The notes below the pieces were generated by a model. The model was not told where the DNA came from, did no database searches, and saw only the letters and a list, made by a program, of their open reading frames with translations. DNA of 62,988 nucleotides, counting the filler, from Craspedostauros australis (lineage: Eukaryota), in assembly GCA_030167865.1 (NCBI GenBank). It is 12 parts of 12 records of this genome, joined end to end, with 100 filler letters (N's around TTAATTAATTAA, not from the genome) between each part and the next. Parts side by side here need not be neighbours in the genome. Positions count along the whole stretch, not along the records: positions 35,684 to 38,846 come from JALAGF010005375.1; positions 38,947 to 43,993 come from JALAGF010005376.1; positions 44,094 to 48,163 come from JALAGF010005377.1; 9 more parts are not named here. The stretch is one strand, 5' to 3'. Each line of letters starts with the position of its first letter. Position 1 is the first letter of the stretch. Shown here piece after piece: positions 37,150 through 48,263 of the stretch. A program made the position numbers and the translations under genes.

Positions 37150-38560
37150 TCACACCGCTCCATACGTTCTCATATCCTCGGAACAGCAGCATCCAGAAAG
37201 ATCTTCTTTGCAACGCTCGTCTTGTCCATGATGAAGAAGCACACATCCCGGAACTTGGCCAACGGTCCTCACAAGGCCTTCAGGTATCCCATCAGACCAG
37301 GGTTGGCCGTGGTGGCCGTGATGGTCCCGATGGTGGACCATCGCTTGTCCATGTATTCTATCTGCAGGATGTCTTTGAGGCTGTTGCCACCATTGGCTTG
37401 TTCATCGTATTGCATATTGTATTGCCGAATGGCGTTGGCCAGACAGTTAGCGTCTTGGATGGCCTGATTGGTGCCCTGTCCAAGGAACGGTGGCATGGCG
37501 TGCGCCGCATCACTGCAGACAGTCAGGATGGCGGCCTTCTCCACATCTGCGTCTTTGCAAGTGCTTCCATTGAAGTTGCCGTGGGTGGCCATCATTGCCT
37601 TGGTCCATCACGCAAAGGGCTTGTGGAAGTAGATCCCCAACTCGAAGAAACGATCGGCATTGTCGATGAGTCGATCGATGATGGGCCTGATGGTGTGCNT
37701 GGGGATCTTGGCATCATCGATCTACTGTCGCATCTGCTGCTGGATGCNCTCAGCCTTGGATGATGCCTTCCAAGCGACGTTGTTGTCGCTGTTGTCGCTG
37801 TTGTCGNTGNTGTCGTTGGTGTNGGTATTGCTGTTGTTCTCGAAAGCTTGCGCCAGGAGAGNCCAGCGCTGCCACCGCCGATCACGGCAATCTTCCGTAT
37901 TGGTTGGTGGTTCCCACTCTCACTCTCATTGCTTCTTCTCCTGCTGCTGCTGCTTCGCTTCTGCGTTGGAGCGAGGATGACGGGGACGACGGCGATGACC
38001 GTGAGTTCGTTGCCACCACCATGCACGCGATGCAGATGGCACCAATCATCCTCTTTNNNNNNNNNNNNNNNNNNNNNNNNNNNNNNNNNNNNNNNNNNNN
38101 NNNNNNCGATGAGTCGATCGATGATGGGCCTGATGGTGTGCTTGGGGATCTTGGCATCATCGATCTACTGTCGCATCTGCTGCTGGATGCTCTCAGCCTT
38201 GGATGATGCCTTCCAAGCGACGTTGTTGTCGCTGTTGTCGCTGTTGTCGCTGTTGTCGTTGGTGTCGGTATTGCTGTTGTTCTCGAAAGCTTGCGCCAGG
38301 AGAGACCAGCGCTGCCACCGCCGATCACGGCAATCTTCCGTATTGGTTGGTGGTTCCCACTCTCACTCTCATTGCTTCTTCTCCTGCTGCTGCTGCTTCG
38401 CTTCTGCGTTGGAGCGAGGATGACGGGGACGACGGCGATGACCGTGAGTTCGTTGCCACCACCATGCACGCGATGCAGATGGCACCAATCATCCTCTTTT
38501 GATGTGTCTGTGCCGTCACTATGCAAGGTTGGTGTCCCCACAGTTACGACCTGCACCAAA
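37150..38560 (-). pseudogene. Internally deleted and frameshifted FAD-dependent monooxygenase
   Basis: RKIAVIGGGSAGL (FAD-binding motif) and SDAAHAMPPFLGQGTNQAIQDA are in different frames and far too close together. The catalytic middle is missing. Confidence 0.7.
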
Positions 38561-38583
38561 TGTAGAATACAGCAACGATAACG

Positions 38584-38846
38584 CTAGTGCCTCAAAGAGC
38601 CAGACCCCAAAAATTGGCGATGTTTGGCGATGTTTGGATACAGATTTTGGACCTGTTTTTCCCAAACTCAGACTTCGTTTTATAGACACTCAATCCAACA
38701 TCTCTTTGTATCTACGTAAACTTAAGAGAAAGGGCTATCCAGGCAAGTGATAGCATTACCATGTTGTTACTACCATCTCGTCGATCTTGATGTGTTTGTT
38801 GACCCCCTTGGTGTGGTTTTGCCTTCGGACGACGGACGGACCGGGT
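38584..38846. mobile_element. DNA-transposon terminal region, copy 2 (homologous to 7931-8195)
   Basis: Direct sequence similarity starting at CTAGTGCCTCAAAGAGCC. Confidence 0.7.
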
Positions 38847-38946
38847 NNNNNNNNNNNNNNNNNNNNNNNNNNNNNNNNNNNNNNNNNNNNTTAATTAATT
38901 AANNNNNNNNNNNNNNNNNNNNNNNNNNNNNNNNNNNNNNNNNNNN

Positions 38947-39425
38947 GGAACGTGACATCTGGAGAGCAGAAGGACACCTACTGACGTCGACAGGATGTCA
39001 ACATGTCACCACGTCGACAGCTGTCTCCAAATCAGAACAGGAGGCGAAGATACGATGACCCATGAAGATCATGGATACTGAAGGTGAACTTCAAATGGTA
39101 AGTACTCATGGAGTAGAAGCCAGTACTGAATGAACGGAGTGTCGAATGCGGAGCACGCATCGAACACGGAGTATCGTGTAGCACGAGCACACGATGGTGA
39201 GAGAGAGAGAGAGAATACAGAGAGGAGCGAGAGAGCATCTCGCGTACTGACTCATAGTCGGAGACCGAATCTACAAAACAGATTGAAGCGCTGAGAGCAT
39301 CGGGCAAGAGAACGGGCGTACACCGAGAGCATCGGAGTAGCCAAGTCATGAAATAGCAAACAGACAACTATCAACCACCACCATCTTCCACGATCGTAGG
39401 TTACCGTGAGCGGAACTTGCCAACA
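38947..39425. mobile_element. LTR family A, right part
   Basis: Aligns with 10264-10741 and ends CGGAACTTGCCAACA. Confidence 0.85.
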
Positions 39426-40088
39426 TACATCTCCAGCCCCCCAACACCCACAGCAAACAGAAAGAGGCGATCGAACAACAGCGTGCAATTGGAAGCAAAT
39501 CGCACGCGCGCGGGCTGATCGGGTCCAAGTGGATAGAGCTGCGGGAAGCACATTTGGAGAGTCAAGGATCATGACGATCGCCCCTAGCGTGGGGGGCTGA
39601 GCTGGTCCGGCGCATTTGGCGCGTTGCATGGGAGCAATGGCGTCTCCGCAACCACGACATGTTCAACAACGACAAGTCTGCGGAGCAGGAGATGATGGAA
39701 GCCATGAGGGACAGGTCTAGTGACCTGGCCGGCATGCTTCAAAACGCCAATTCCACGCATAGACGAACCCAGCAATCTTATCCTGGGAGAGACACCGACG
39801 CAGCCAGCGTTGCGTTGTGGATGGAGCAGGCCTCACGGCTCCTGCACGTCCCCATCGCCGCAGGCCCTTTGCGCAAATGGATGACTGTCAATTCCGGTAG
39901 AGGTTTTCGCTTCTACCGCTCGCCCGATCCCGCTGCATGAGTACGCAACACACAACAAACGACAAGCACAACTACCTCAGAATCCGTACCCCCTCCAGGT
40001 TTCATACATGGAGTTGAAAGGAGGCGGAGAAAAGCGTCGCCGACGCAGTCGCACCATAAGACCGACTAATCATTGAGTTATTTATTTG
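39426..40088 (+). mobile_element. LINE (Ambal/L1-like) 3' end, copy 2, interrupted by LTR A
   Basis: AIEQQRAIG..RGLIGSKW..WGAELVRRIWRVAWEQWRLRN with an in-frame stop upstream. ORF ends at 39940. Structured 3'-UTR and TTATTTATTT tail. Confidence 0.72.
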
Positions 40089-40380
40089 ATGATAGGGGCG
40101 GTGCTACGTACTTATGTGTGGCGCCATACAAGTACATACCATACCATGTACTCGTACGTATGAGCACCATTGCTCTCTACAGTGAAGTAGCACGTAGTAA
40201 CAAACAATAGAGTGTGCATCTGAGAGTCAGAGAGTGACGAAACGTTGGACGACGCAGTCTCCTCACACAGCACAACACTCGGATGGTTGTCATTCTCGTA
40301 CTCGCACTCGTCGAATGGCGTTACATTATGAGATATAGCCTTTATATTGATAGGGGGAGATATCGCAGTGAATGCTCTTT

Positions 40381-42254
40381 CTACGCGTCGAGTTGAAGAT
40401 CTGACGGATCTGGGAGTTCAAGGGCTGGCCCATGCTCCTTCTTGAACTCCAAATACTGCTCCAGATCAAGACCTGCGCACTTACAAAAGTCAGCATCTGT
40501 GTTCGTGGAAATGGAATTCAGTGATGGGCGATACGAAGGGTTCTGCGATCGGACGAAGTACCATCGTGGCAATAATCGACTGTTGAGCGATGCGGCCATA
40601 TACGAAACCGACACTATCGTCTCTTGTTGGCATATTTTCCAATCGTCCGACAGCAGCACGTAGCCAGTCCGGTTGTAAAAGTCGAGCGTAGGTTTGAGGT
40701 TGCATTCTACATTCATCGCGAGAAGCATGGGACGCCGGCGCAAGTTCCGAACCAATGAGGCTTCACCCCACACTTTGCTGATGAAATCGATTTTGGCCTG
40801 AACATTTGTTGAGAAGTTGAGGACAAAGACCCTTGGTGCAATGGTGAGTATGCACACTGCTAGCGATCGCTCTTCCACTCCTTGTGGTACGTTCGGCGTG
40901 TGAGAAGACCAACGTGCGAAGTGGCGTCGTTCGATGTCATCGAAGAACTCAACCCTGGATTGCAAAGTCTCTATTGCCAAATTCAGTAAGAGTGGCATTC
41001 TCATCACACACTTCTTCAGTTCGTGCTGATTCAACATGGTTCGAAGGTATTCCAACATTGGTCTGATGTTGTCTTCCGACGAACAAATCAATGTCCCTCC
41101 ACCACCTCGGTTCATGAACACCGTGAAATCTGTTTCAGTCATGTTCAGTCTTCGCATCAGATACTCAACGCGTGGCTTCAACACTGCATTGGTGTCCGAC
41201 AAGAGTGTAGTTGGGCAACGTATGATCATCTGTTCGGCGATAGTGGATGTCGTCTTCTTTCGTTTCTCCAACCATTCTGTATCCATCACTGAATCCAAGT
41301 AGGTCAGAGATGCGTTGATTCTAGCTGTCGATTTGGTTGATATGGCCACCGTCGAAGCTTTGAGCTTGTTGATGGCTCTCGAAGATGTGCCCCAGTCATC
41401 GGAGAGATGTCTCACCAGTTTGTTCCAAGCCAACTCGGAGTTGTAGGATTTCACATTTGACAGCCAGCGCCGAGGATCATCATCGATCTCTTTCTGGAAT
41501 GCCTCATTTCCTGATACATTGATGAAATGCTCCGATGCTGGTGCAAGGAACTTGGNNNNNNNNNNNNNNNNNNNNNNNNNNNNNNNNNNNNNNNNNNNNN
41601 NNNNNTCTGGAATGCCTCATTTCCTGATACATTGATGAAATGCTCCGATGCTGGTGCAAGGAACTTGGACACATCCTTTGTTAGAACTGAGGGTGCTAAC
41701 TGAACGACTTTCTTTGCGGTCGATGCAGGACAGATGGATGAAAGGAAGTCAAGGACTTCTTGCGCTTGCTTGAGGGATAAGGTATCCGCTGCGAAGTACA
41801 CGTATGTCCTTGTTCTTTCCCAGGCTTTGGCGGACGAGACACCACGGTTGTTCGTATCCTCGAAATGTGATCGAATAGTGTGCATCACATTGCGCATATG
41901 CATGTTTGGTTTTGTTCGTATTGGAGCAGCACTTGTCGATGTATCTGTATTTGGAGTTGATGCCGCTGGTGTCCTTCTCTCTGTTTTTGTTTGTGTTGTT
42001 CTTGGCTTTGCTTTTGACTTCGGTTGCACGCTTGATTTCACGCTCGCCGATGATGGAGATGAAGATGAAGACGATGCCAGCAGCAGGGTTGAAGCTGGAG
42101 CGCAGTTGCCATGATGCGGTTGCCCCCACCGTGCCAATCCCCGACAATCACGTGTGGACTTCCATCGCGCACAAAAGGCGGCAGATGGTGTGCTCGTGAT
42201 GAGCAACGCGACTGACACGCACGCAGCCATGAAGATGATGTGCCTTGATATCAT
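40381..42254 (-). CDS. mTERF-family protein with plastid-type bipartite presequence; frame break caused by a duplicated gap overlap
   Basis: Signal peptide ending PSAA-F. mTERF repeats: RCPTTLL..LKPRVEYL, IRPMLEYL, RMPLLL, RRPMLLAMNVECNLKPTLDFY and SLNSRLLPR. Removing the 41495-41555 duplicate joins both ORFs (AFQKEIDDDPRRW). Confidence 0.85.
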
Positions 42255-42663
42255 GGCACTGTTGTTGATGATGGCGGCGTTGGCGATAGCTGTGGTGATA
42301 TTGATGGTGGTAGCGACGTCGACAACAATGGCAATGATGGTGATGGCGATCCTCCTGTCCGAAGCTGTGATCCTGACGATGCACAAGCGTGAACATGAAC
42401 AGTGTCTGTGTCTGTCGTTGTTCCTTGTTGGTTGGCGCATGTGGGTTTTGTCGCAGACCGCGAAACGAAAAAAATTGAGAACAAGTGTCACAACATGGTC
42501 GTTGGTCTCAGGAAGTTCCACGTGGAATCGAATGATGTATGAGCCCCCCGAGTGAGTCGACCTGCACTTTGTCCTGGGACTCAACACCTTTTTTCTCGGA
42601 TATCCAAACAAATCACATATTCATAATCCCCATATTCTAAAACCAAATACTGATTCAAATCAC

Positions 42664-43805
42664 TTTCCGGTTAGACCTTATTTTAAGTTTTATGGGCCCA
42701 TCAAGGTATTTTCGAGTCGTATGAGTCGAACAACATGAAACTCCTAGTTGTTTCTCAGAAGGTTCTGTGATGTTCTTGATTATTTATCGCATGGTACTCA
42801 GTCACGGAGACGACGTCGAAGATGTCGTTCGGTTGGTACGCGTTAAATACACGTTAGCATCTGCGACATGATCTCACATTTTGCTCGTCACAAAACACAT
42901 CACACAAAACGCATCACACAAAACACATCACACAAAACACATCACACAAAACACATCCCATCCAACATCATCGACACCCCCTCACCATTCACACATCATC
43001 GCCACACTTTCGCTCCATTTCACAACTTTCCTCGCCAATTCCATGCGTGCTCGCTCTTGTGTTCAATGTTAGTGCTCGTTCTGGTAGTGTAGTGGTAGTG
43101 TAGTAGTAGTAGTAGTAGTTATTGTTCTTGTCAACGAATGGTCGACCTGTCCTCCTGTGCTCTCCTTCCTCACTTCGTCTCAGACCAGTGCAGTTCATCA
43201 CATTCNNNNNNNNNNNNNNNNNNNNNNNNNNNNNNNNNNNNNNNNNNNNNNNNNNTTTCCGGTTAGACCTTATTTTAAGTTTTATGAGCCCATCAAGGTA
43301 TTTTTGAGTCGTATGAGTCGAACAACATGAAACTGCTGCTTGTTTCTCAGAAGGTTCTTTGATGTTCTGGGGTATTTATCGTATGGTACTCAGTCATGAA
43401 TACGACGTCGAAGATGTCGTTCGGTTGGTACGCGTTAAATACACGTTAGTATGTGGCACATGATCTCACATTTTGCTCGTCACAAAACACATCACACAAA
43501 ACACATCACACAAAACACATCACACAAAACACATCACACATCCAACATCATCGACACCCCCTCACAATTCACACATCATCGCCACACTTTCGCTCTATTT
43601 CACAACTTTCCTCGCCAATGCCATGCGCACTCGCCCTTTTGCTCCATGCACATTCTCATCATAGTAGTAGTATTTGTTGTTGTTGCTGTTGTTGCAGTAG
43701 CAGTAGTAGTAGTTGTTGTTCTTGTCAACGAATGGTCGACCTGTCCTCCTGTGCTCTCCTTCCTCACTTCGTCTCAGACCAGTGCAGTTCATCACATTCA
43801 ACCAG
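42664..43805. repeat. Two diverged tandem copies of a ~540-bp unit (42664-43205, 43256-43798) with a 14-bp ACACATCACACAAA minisatellite and a (GTA/GTT)n tract
   Basis: The units align directly across an N gap with many substitutions. Confidence 0.8.
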
Positions 43806-44093
43806 CCAACAACTATACTCTACAGCAACAACATCACCATGTCTACCTCTACCACTGCCAAGGCCCACTCCAAGGATGCTAACCCCTCCCCCAGTAAGAA
43901 ACTGCGTTCTGTCGACCCCATGTCTGCTCCTCCTTTCGATTCGAAGGGGAACTTGCTGCCTACTGTCGAGCAACTGTTGCCTGACAAGCCATCNNNNNNN
44001 NNNNNNNNNNNNNNNNNNNNNNNNNNNNNNNNNNNNNTTAATTAATTAANNNNNNNNNNNNNNNNNNNNNNNNNNNNNNNNNNNNNNNNNNNN

Positions 44094-44177
44094 TCCAAGT
44101 GCGTATGAGAGAATAACGGGTGAACGATGCACATATACACGTACATCTTGACGTATACTCACATGTACATCTCGACA
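44094..44177. mobile_element. LTR family A, left terminus in reverse orientation
   Basis: Reverse complement of 9942-10025; terminus reads TGTCGAGATG on the minus strand. Confidence 0.85.
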
Positions 44178-45684
44178 GACAACAGCCATCGCCCGTCTCA
44201 CGAAGCAGATGGAGAAAGGTGCAACAACGAAAGGATGGATGCGAAAGGATGGAGGGCGTAGCAACACTAAGACCACCAATAGGAAGAAACAACTTGGCAG
44301 AGATGAACAGCAAAACTACATCGTTCTCTACTTCAATTTGGGTGCGATCCCAGCCAACACGAAATTGATCGCNCANGCNTGGGATGTTGACCGCACCACT
44401 GTTGCCCGGAATATCAAGAATTTCCAACAGAACAANCTGGGACGGAAGAAGCGCAGCGACGCGGGCAGCACCATCTTCACCTGCCCCAAGAAGCAACAGC
44501 AATACTTCACGCCGCGTGCCATCTTCGCAAAGCAAAGGCGGCTTAAACATCCAAGACAACGGTTGATGACTGATGAAATCTCTGATGCCTTTGACCATGC
44601 TTCTCCTGAAGACCTGGCATCCGCAAAAGCCCTGTCTGACTCGTGGTTGGAGCGCGGTCTGTTCCTGCAATTTGAGCTCCAGGATGTGTTGCAACGATGC
44701 AATGGCGCAATCTCGTGGGACGATGTTGCACGCGAACTAGCAGGAAGGGGCAACGTCCAATGCGTTTGCGCGAACACCATTCGAACATACGTGATGGGAT
44801 TGGAGGGCAGCAACTACCGTTCTACAACAATGCTCCCCAAGATCAAGGGCATCATCAAGACGAAGCGCGAGATCTGGGCCAAGGACTTCTGTGTGTTCTG
44901 GGAATCAGCTGAGCTGTTCCCGAATACGCAAGTTGTTGTTGTCCACATGGACGAGAAGTGGTTCTACTCCATTGTCGCTCGCAAGCATCTCAAACATGTG
45001 CCCCAGATGGGAGTTAAGCCTGTTGACCATGCTGTGCACCACAAGTGCCACATTGACAAGACCATGGCAATTGCATCAACAGCGTTTGCCCCAACAGACA
45101 ACCGCTTTGATCGAGGAGGAAAGGCGCATAAGGTCAACTTCGAACGTGTTGGGCGCATGGCTCGAGCGCAGAAGACCACGTACAAGCGAACTTGGGTCTC
45201 GCCAACCAAGTACAAGCACCTTCCTGATAACAACAAAATCTCTCGCAAGAAGGGTGAACTGTACTTTCAACCACTGGAGATCACAGGCAGCAAGGAAACA
45301 GATGGTCATCATGATAAGCCCAAGCCGAAATACAGCCTAAAGAAATTCTTCCGCGAAAAAGAAATCCCCGCACTGGATTCGCTCGCCAACAAAATCAAGG
45401 CCGAAACGGGCAAGAACGTGGTGATTCGGTACCAGATGGATGGCGCAGGGCCACACAGAGACACGGAACTGCTCAGGTTCATCAACGAGGAGTTCGACAG
45501 TCGCGGATGGCATCTACGATTTCAACCATCGAATTCTCCCATCACGAATGTGAAAGACGATGCGATATTCCCAGCGATGTCGAAACACGTATCGGCACAT
45601 CAAGGTACGCACTACGGGAGTCGCATGTTCACCACCGAGGCGTTGTGGGGTGCTTGCAAAACCTGTTGGGAACAATTTGGGCTG
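44178..45684 (+). mobile_element. Tc1/mariner-superfamily transposase related to the DD39D group, here DD38D; cut by LTRs on both sides
   Basis: VHMDEKWFY, QMDGAGPH and QPSNSPITNVKD motifs, plus N-terminal HTH-like WDVDRTTV and RKKRSDAG. Confidence 0.8.
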
Positions 45685-46303
45685 TGTTGGAAATCCGGGG
45701 TACCCCAGTCTCTAGTAGTAGTCTCTGGTTACCTATTCCTGTTATTGCATTGTTGGAACTGTGAGTACAACATGTTCATCACTTTCAATTCCATTTGCCA
45801 AAGCATACATATTCCACAGTAGCACACAGTCTTGCCCTTGCTCATGCAGTGCTGTCCTCCTGCTTCATCATGTCATGCAGCATGTACTCCATGTACATCT
45901 CATCTTGCAGTATTGGTNCATCTCATCATGCATCTCAGATATTCCATCTCCTGCCCTCTACCAATAGTTTCGTTAGCGTAGACATCGCCGAGTCGTAGGC
46001 ATCACACAGATCGGTTCATTCGATCAGATCGCGGTCTCCCATTCGTCACGGGAACACCTTGGTTGGGAGCTCATTCAGCTCCTCGACCATCTCACATCTC
46101 CGATCATTTCACATCTCCGATCGTCTCCTGTCAACTCCGATTGTTTCTGATTGTTTCTTCGCCGATCACTTCACCGGCTTCCTGGATGTTCCTCATCTCA
46201 GGTTCGTTCACAGGNNNNNNNNNNNNNNNNNNNNNNNNNNNNNNNNNNNNNNNNNNNNNNNNNNNNNNNNNNNNNNNTCGTGATGTTGGTCACGATTCCA
46301 ACA
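45685..46303 (-). mobile_element. 3' LTR of copia element B
   Basis: 8-bp inverted termini TGTTGGAA/TTCCAACA. Polypurine tract GGGGGCGGGGA (minus strand, 46304-46314) abuts the LTR. Confidence 0.85.
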
Positions 46304-46875
46304 TCCCCGCCCCCTGCGACATACACGTGTGATTGGCATTCCTGCATTGAGGTCACGGACACCATAGTCCGGTTCGCATTCGGCACGTGGCGTTCTCCAC
46401 CACAAGTTACGTGCAGCTCACATTTTTCTGTGTCACAATGATCAAACGTGGGAGTTGCGGTAATGTATCATTTCATGACATTCGACTCCTGACTCTTGGG
46501 TTATTGGGAGGTGCGGTAGTGTAGCATTCCACGATGCTCAACTCCGCACTCTTGGGAGGTGCGGCAATTCGGTGTTTCACAACACCCGATTCCTGACAAC
46601 TCTACTCTTCTGGACTCTATTTGCTGCTCTGATCTCTTCAGTAACCCTCTGTGATACTGCATTCTTGGCCATCTTCAACAAGTCCTCTGTCGAAATTCCC
46701 CGTAGTCCCAAAAGTAACGTGCTCCTGTAACACTCAGGAGTGATCGATCATGCGCTTGCCACGTTAACGGTAGGGGGGTATTTGTTGTTTCTGTACTCTA
46801 TTTTGGTTCAGTCCCGNNNNNNNNNNNNNNNNNNNNNNNNNNNNNNNNNNNNNNNNNNNNNNNNNNCCACCTTGT

Positions 46876-48163
46876 TCAGTCCAATGCTGACCTGGGCTGA
46901 ATGATGCTCCCCTTGTGCCGATCGTAGATCTCCTTTCTTGTATTCTTCGTTAACCCGTCAGAGATGCTGTCCTCTGACTTCACGAATCGATCCCTCGCCT
47001 CCTTGTTCGCAATCAGCTCTCTGATGAAGTGATTGTGAACGTCGATGTGTCTCGTCCTGGTTGATGTCGATGGGTTGATAGCGATGAAGATCGCTCTCAC
47101 GTTGTCAACCATCACATCCACAGGTCTCTCCATCATCAATCCATATACTCGTGTCCGACACGAGCTTCGTCACTCTCAGCATCTCCTCGTATGCTGTGGT
47201 CGTTGGCCCATCCAACACCTTCGTCAGTTCTCGGATGGCATTCGTGACGTCTGGTCTCGAATGCTTCACCAGGTATAGCAGCATACCCACACCACTGTGG
47301 TATCTGCTGTGTCGATCCTTATCGACCTTGGGTGCTTCGTTGTTCCACTGGATCCCTTGGCCAGGTGTGCCAGGTGTTCCATATCTCTGAAGCTTTGTTG
47401 TTCCTCTTGATGATGTGTGGCTGGTTCACTCAGCTGTTGGTCTTGCTCTCATTGGATCCGATGCGGCAATTCAAGTAGTCCTCGAGACCATTCTCGGTCT
47501 TGATTCCGAATCGCTCTCCCTTGTTCTTCTTCACCGATTGTTTCAGCTCGCGTGTGCTTCCGATGCACAGGCGATCGTTGGCGTACGTCTTGATGAGGAC
47601 GAGGCTCCCTTCCCGATTCTGGATTAGCAGACATGGATCCGCCTTGCTCTGCCAGAAGCCAAGCTTGGTCAATGTGTTCACAAGCTCCTCATTTCATTGC
47701 CTCGCGCTCTGCACCGACCCATAGATGGTCTTCTCAGCAGCACGCATTCATCCGGTTCGTGTTCCTTTCTCTTGGGACACTGCATGTAGATCTCTTCTCC
47801 TTGAAGACCCACTTCGTCTTCACTCACTGTCGATCCCTCGGCATTTCGCTCTTCTTGGTCTTCTGCCAGACTTCTCGTCTGATCATTTCGTAGAACTCCT
47901 TGTTGATGGCCTCCTGCCATCTCTTTCACTTTGCTTCGCTGGATCCGCATGGTCCCAGCATTCTTTGGATGTGGTGGGGTCCAGCATCATAGCCGTGTAT
48001 GCATGCTCGGACGTCTCATTCCCTCTCTCGTGGTTGCTGGGGTCTTCTCTGCTTCCTCAGCTGACTCACCACCTCCACCGCTTGAATCTGAGTCGGAGTG
48101 GTGTTCTGGCGCGTTGTTGTGCGGTGCCAAGCCGCGTATCATCCGTGGCATCCTCGCCACTGG
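46876..48163 (-). mobile_element. pol: Degenerate, internally deleted copia RT/RNase H (element B)
   Basis: KWQEAINKE, LGFWQSKADPCL, TYAND (decayed YVDD), LLYLVKHSRPD, VDNVRAIF and RTRHIDV..HFIRE. Confidence 0.85.
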
Positions 48164-48263
48164 NNNNNNNNNNNNNNNNNNNNNNNNNNNNNNNNNNNNN
48201 NNNNNNNTTAATTAATTAANNNNNNNNNNNNNNNNNNNNNNNNNNNNNNNNNNNNNNNNNNNN

